Source of the DNA: Verrucomicrobiota bacterium
Lineage (GTDB): Bacteria; Verrucomicrobiota; Verrucomicrobiia; Limisphaerales; SIBE01
Length of the DNA stretch: 64,000 nucleotides
Reading direction: 5' to 3'
Assembly (NCBI GenBank): GCA_016871515.1
Contig: VHDE01000001.1
Coordinates: 81,434-145,433, forward strand
Part shown: positions 63,856 through 64,000 of the stretch, piece by piece
Numbering within the stretch: the first letter of the stretch is position 1
Layout of the letters: every line of letters starts with the position of its first letter
Translations under genes and position numbers: made by a program
The notes under the pieces: model-generated
The model's input: the letters and a program-made list of their open reading frames with translations, nothing else
Database searches by the model: none
What the model was told of the DNA's origin: nothing

Positions 63856-64000
63856 AAGAACCGCTGCAAATCACGGAATTCGTCAAGTACGAGTTTCGTC
63901 AGTCGCTCCGGTTTCAGGTGTGGCGGCATGCGGCAAACGCGCGCGAAGGAATTGCCTTGAGTGACGCACTTGCCGCGCTCAGCCAGTTTGAAGCGGACTT
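63771..64000 (+). CDS. PIN-domain (VapC-like) toxin, N-terminal part; 3' end outside the window and no identifiable start codon
   Basis: SYPDASFLCAFYLKQSNSPAAATHAARMKEPLQITEFVKYEFRQSL resembles the Y-L-D-[AT]-S start of VapC toxins. The frame is -1 relative to the antitoxin. Confidence 0.5.

Noticed and set aside
1-64000. Stop-codon reassignment or programmed read-through as an explanation for the in-frame TAG/TAA/TGA codons.
   Set aside because: All three stop codons also terminate well-conserved genes at the expected positions: TGA for the S46 peptidase, TAA for the WD40 protein, TAG for the Nudix gene. The affected genes often carry additional lesions, so ordinary pseudogenisation is the simpler explanation. 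The pattern is still listed as a finding to be checked.

Overview
The window is a chromosomal segment that most likely comes from a Verrucomicrobiota or Planctomycetota-type bacterium. This placement is inferred from gene content only: PSCyt1/DUF1549/DUF1553 plus DUF1501 gene pairs, 'membrane-bound dehydrogenase-HEAT-cytochrome c' giants, and a prepilin H-X9-DG remnant.

Housekeeping genes present are dnaB, bamA, skp, korAB, phoD, gpx, an S46 peptidase, a cytochrome P450, an MFS transporter, two Nudix hydrolases and a sensor histidine kinase. I found no rRNA, tRNA, CRISPR array, transposase or integrase.

Three things stand out:
1. A dense cluster of secreted redox and unknown-function genes lies at 10.7-34.3 kb. 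It holds two intact DUF1549/DUF1553->DUF1501 cassettes, with a third decayed copy at 5.5-7.1 kb, and two giant cytochrome-c fusion proteins. One cassette sits in a translationally coupled four-gene operon with a Trx-fold-like secreted protein and a secreted WD40 propeller. Its large subunit carries a possible CX4CH motif.
2. A modular family of intergenic hairpin/MITE-like repeats occupies at least 13 intergenic sites. The elements have hairpin-forming terminal inverted repeats that show compensatory base-pair changes. They also show nested insertions, placement inside operon gaps, and apparent donation of an RBS or start codon to adjacent genes.
3. Decayed genes are unusually dense, at 12 or more. 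They include in-frame TAG/TAA/TGA interruptions, frameshifts, internal deletions and collapsed toxin-antitoxin loci, with a gene graveyard at 5.3-10.5 kb.

Several short tandem repeats sit at functionally sensitive positions: (AAATC)6 abutting a start codon, a 9-mer x3 upstream of phoD, and a heptamer x4 in a Nudix 3' end. A hexamer-repeat element occurs at two separate loci. All functional calls come from reading motifs in the supplied translations; no database search was run.
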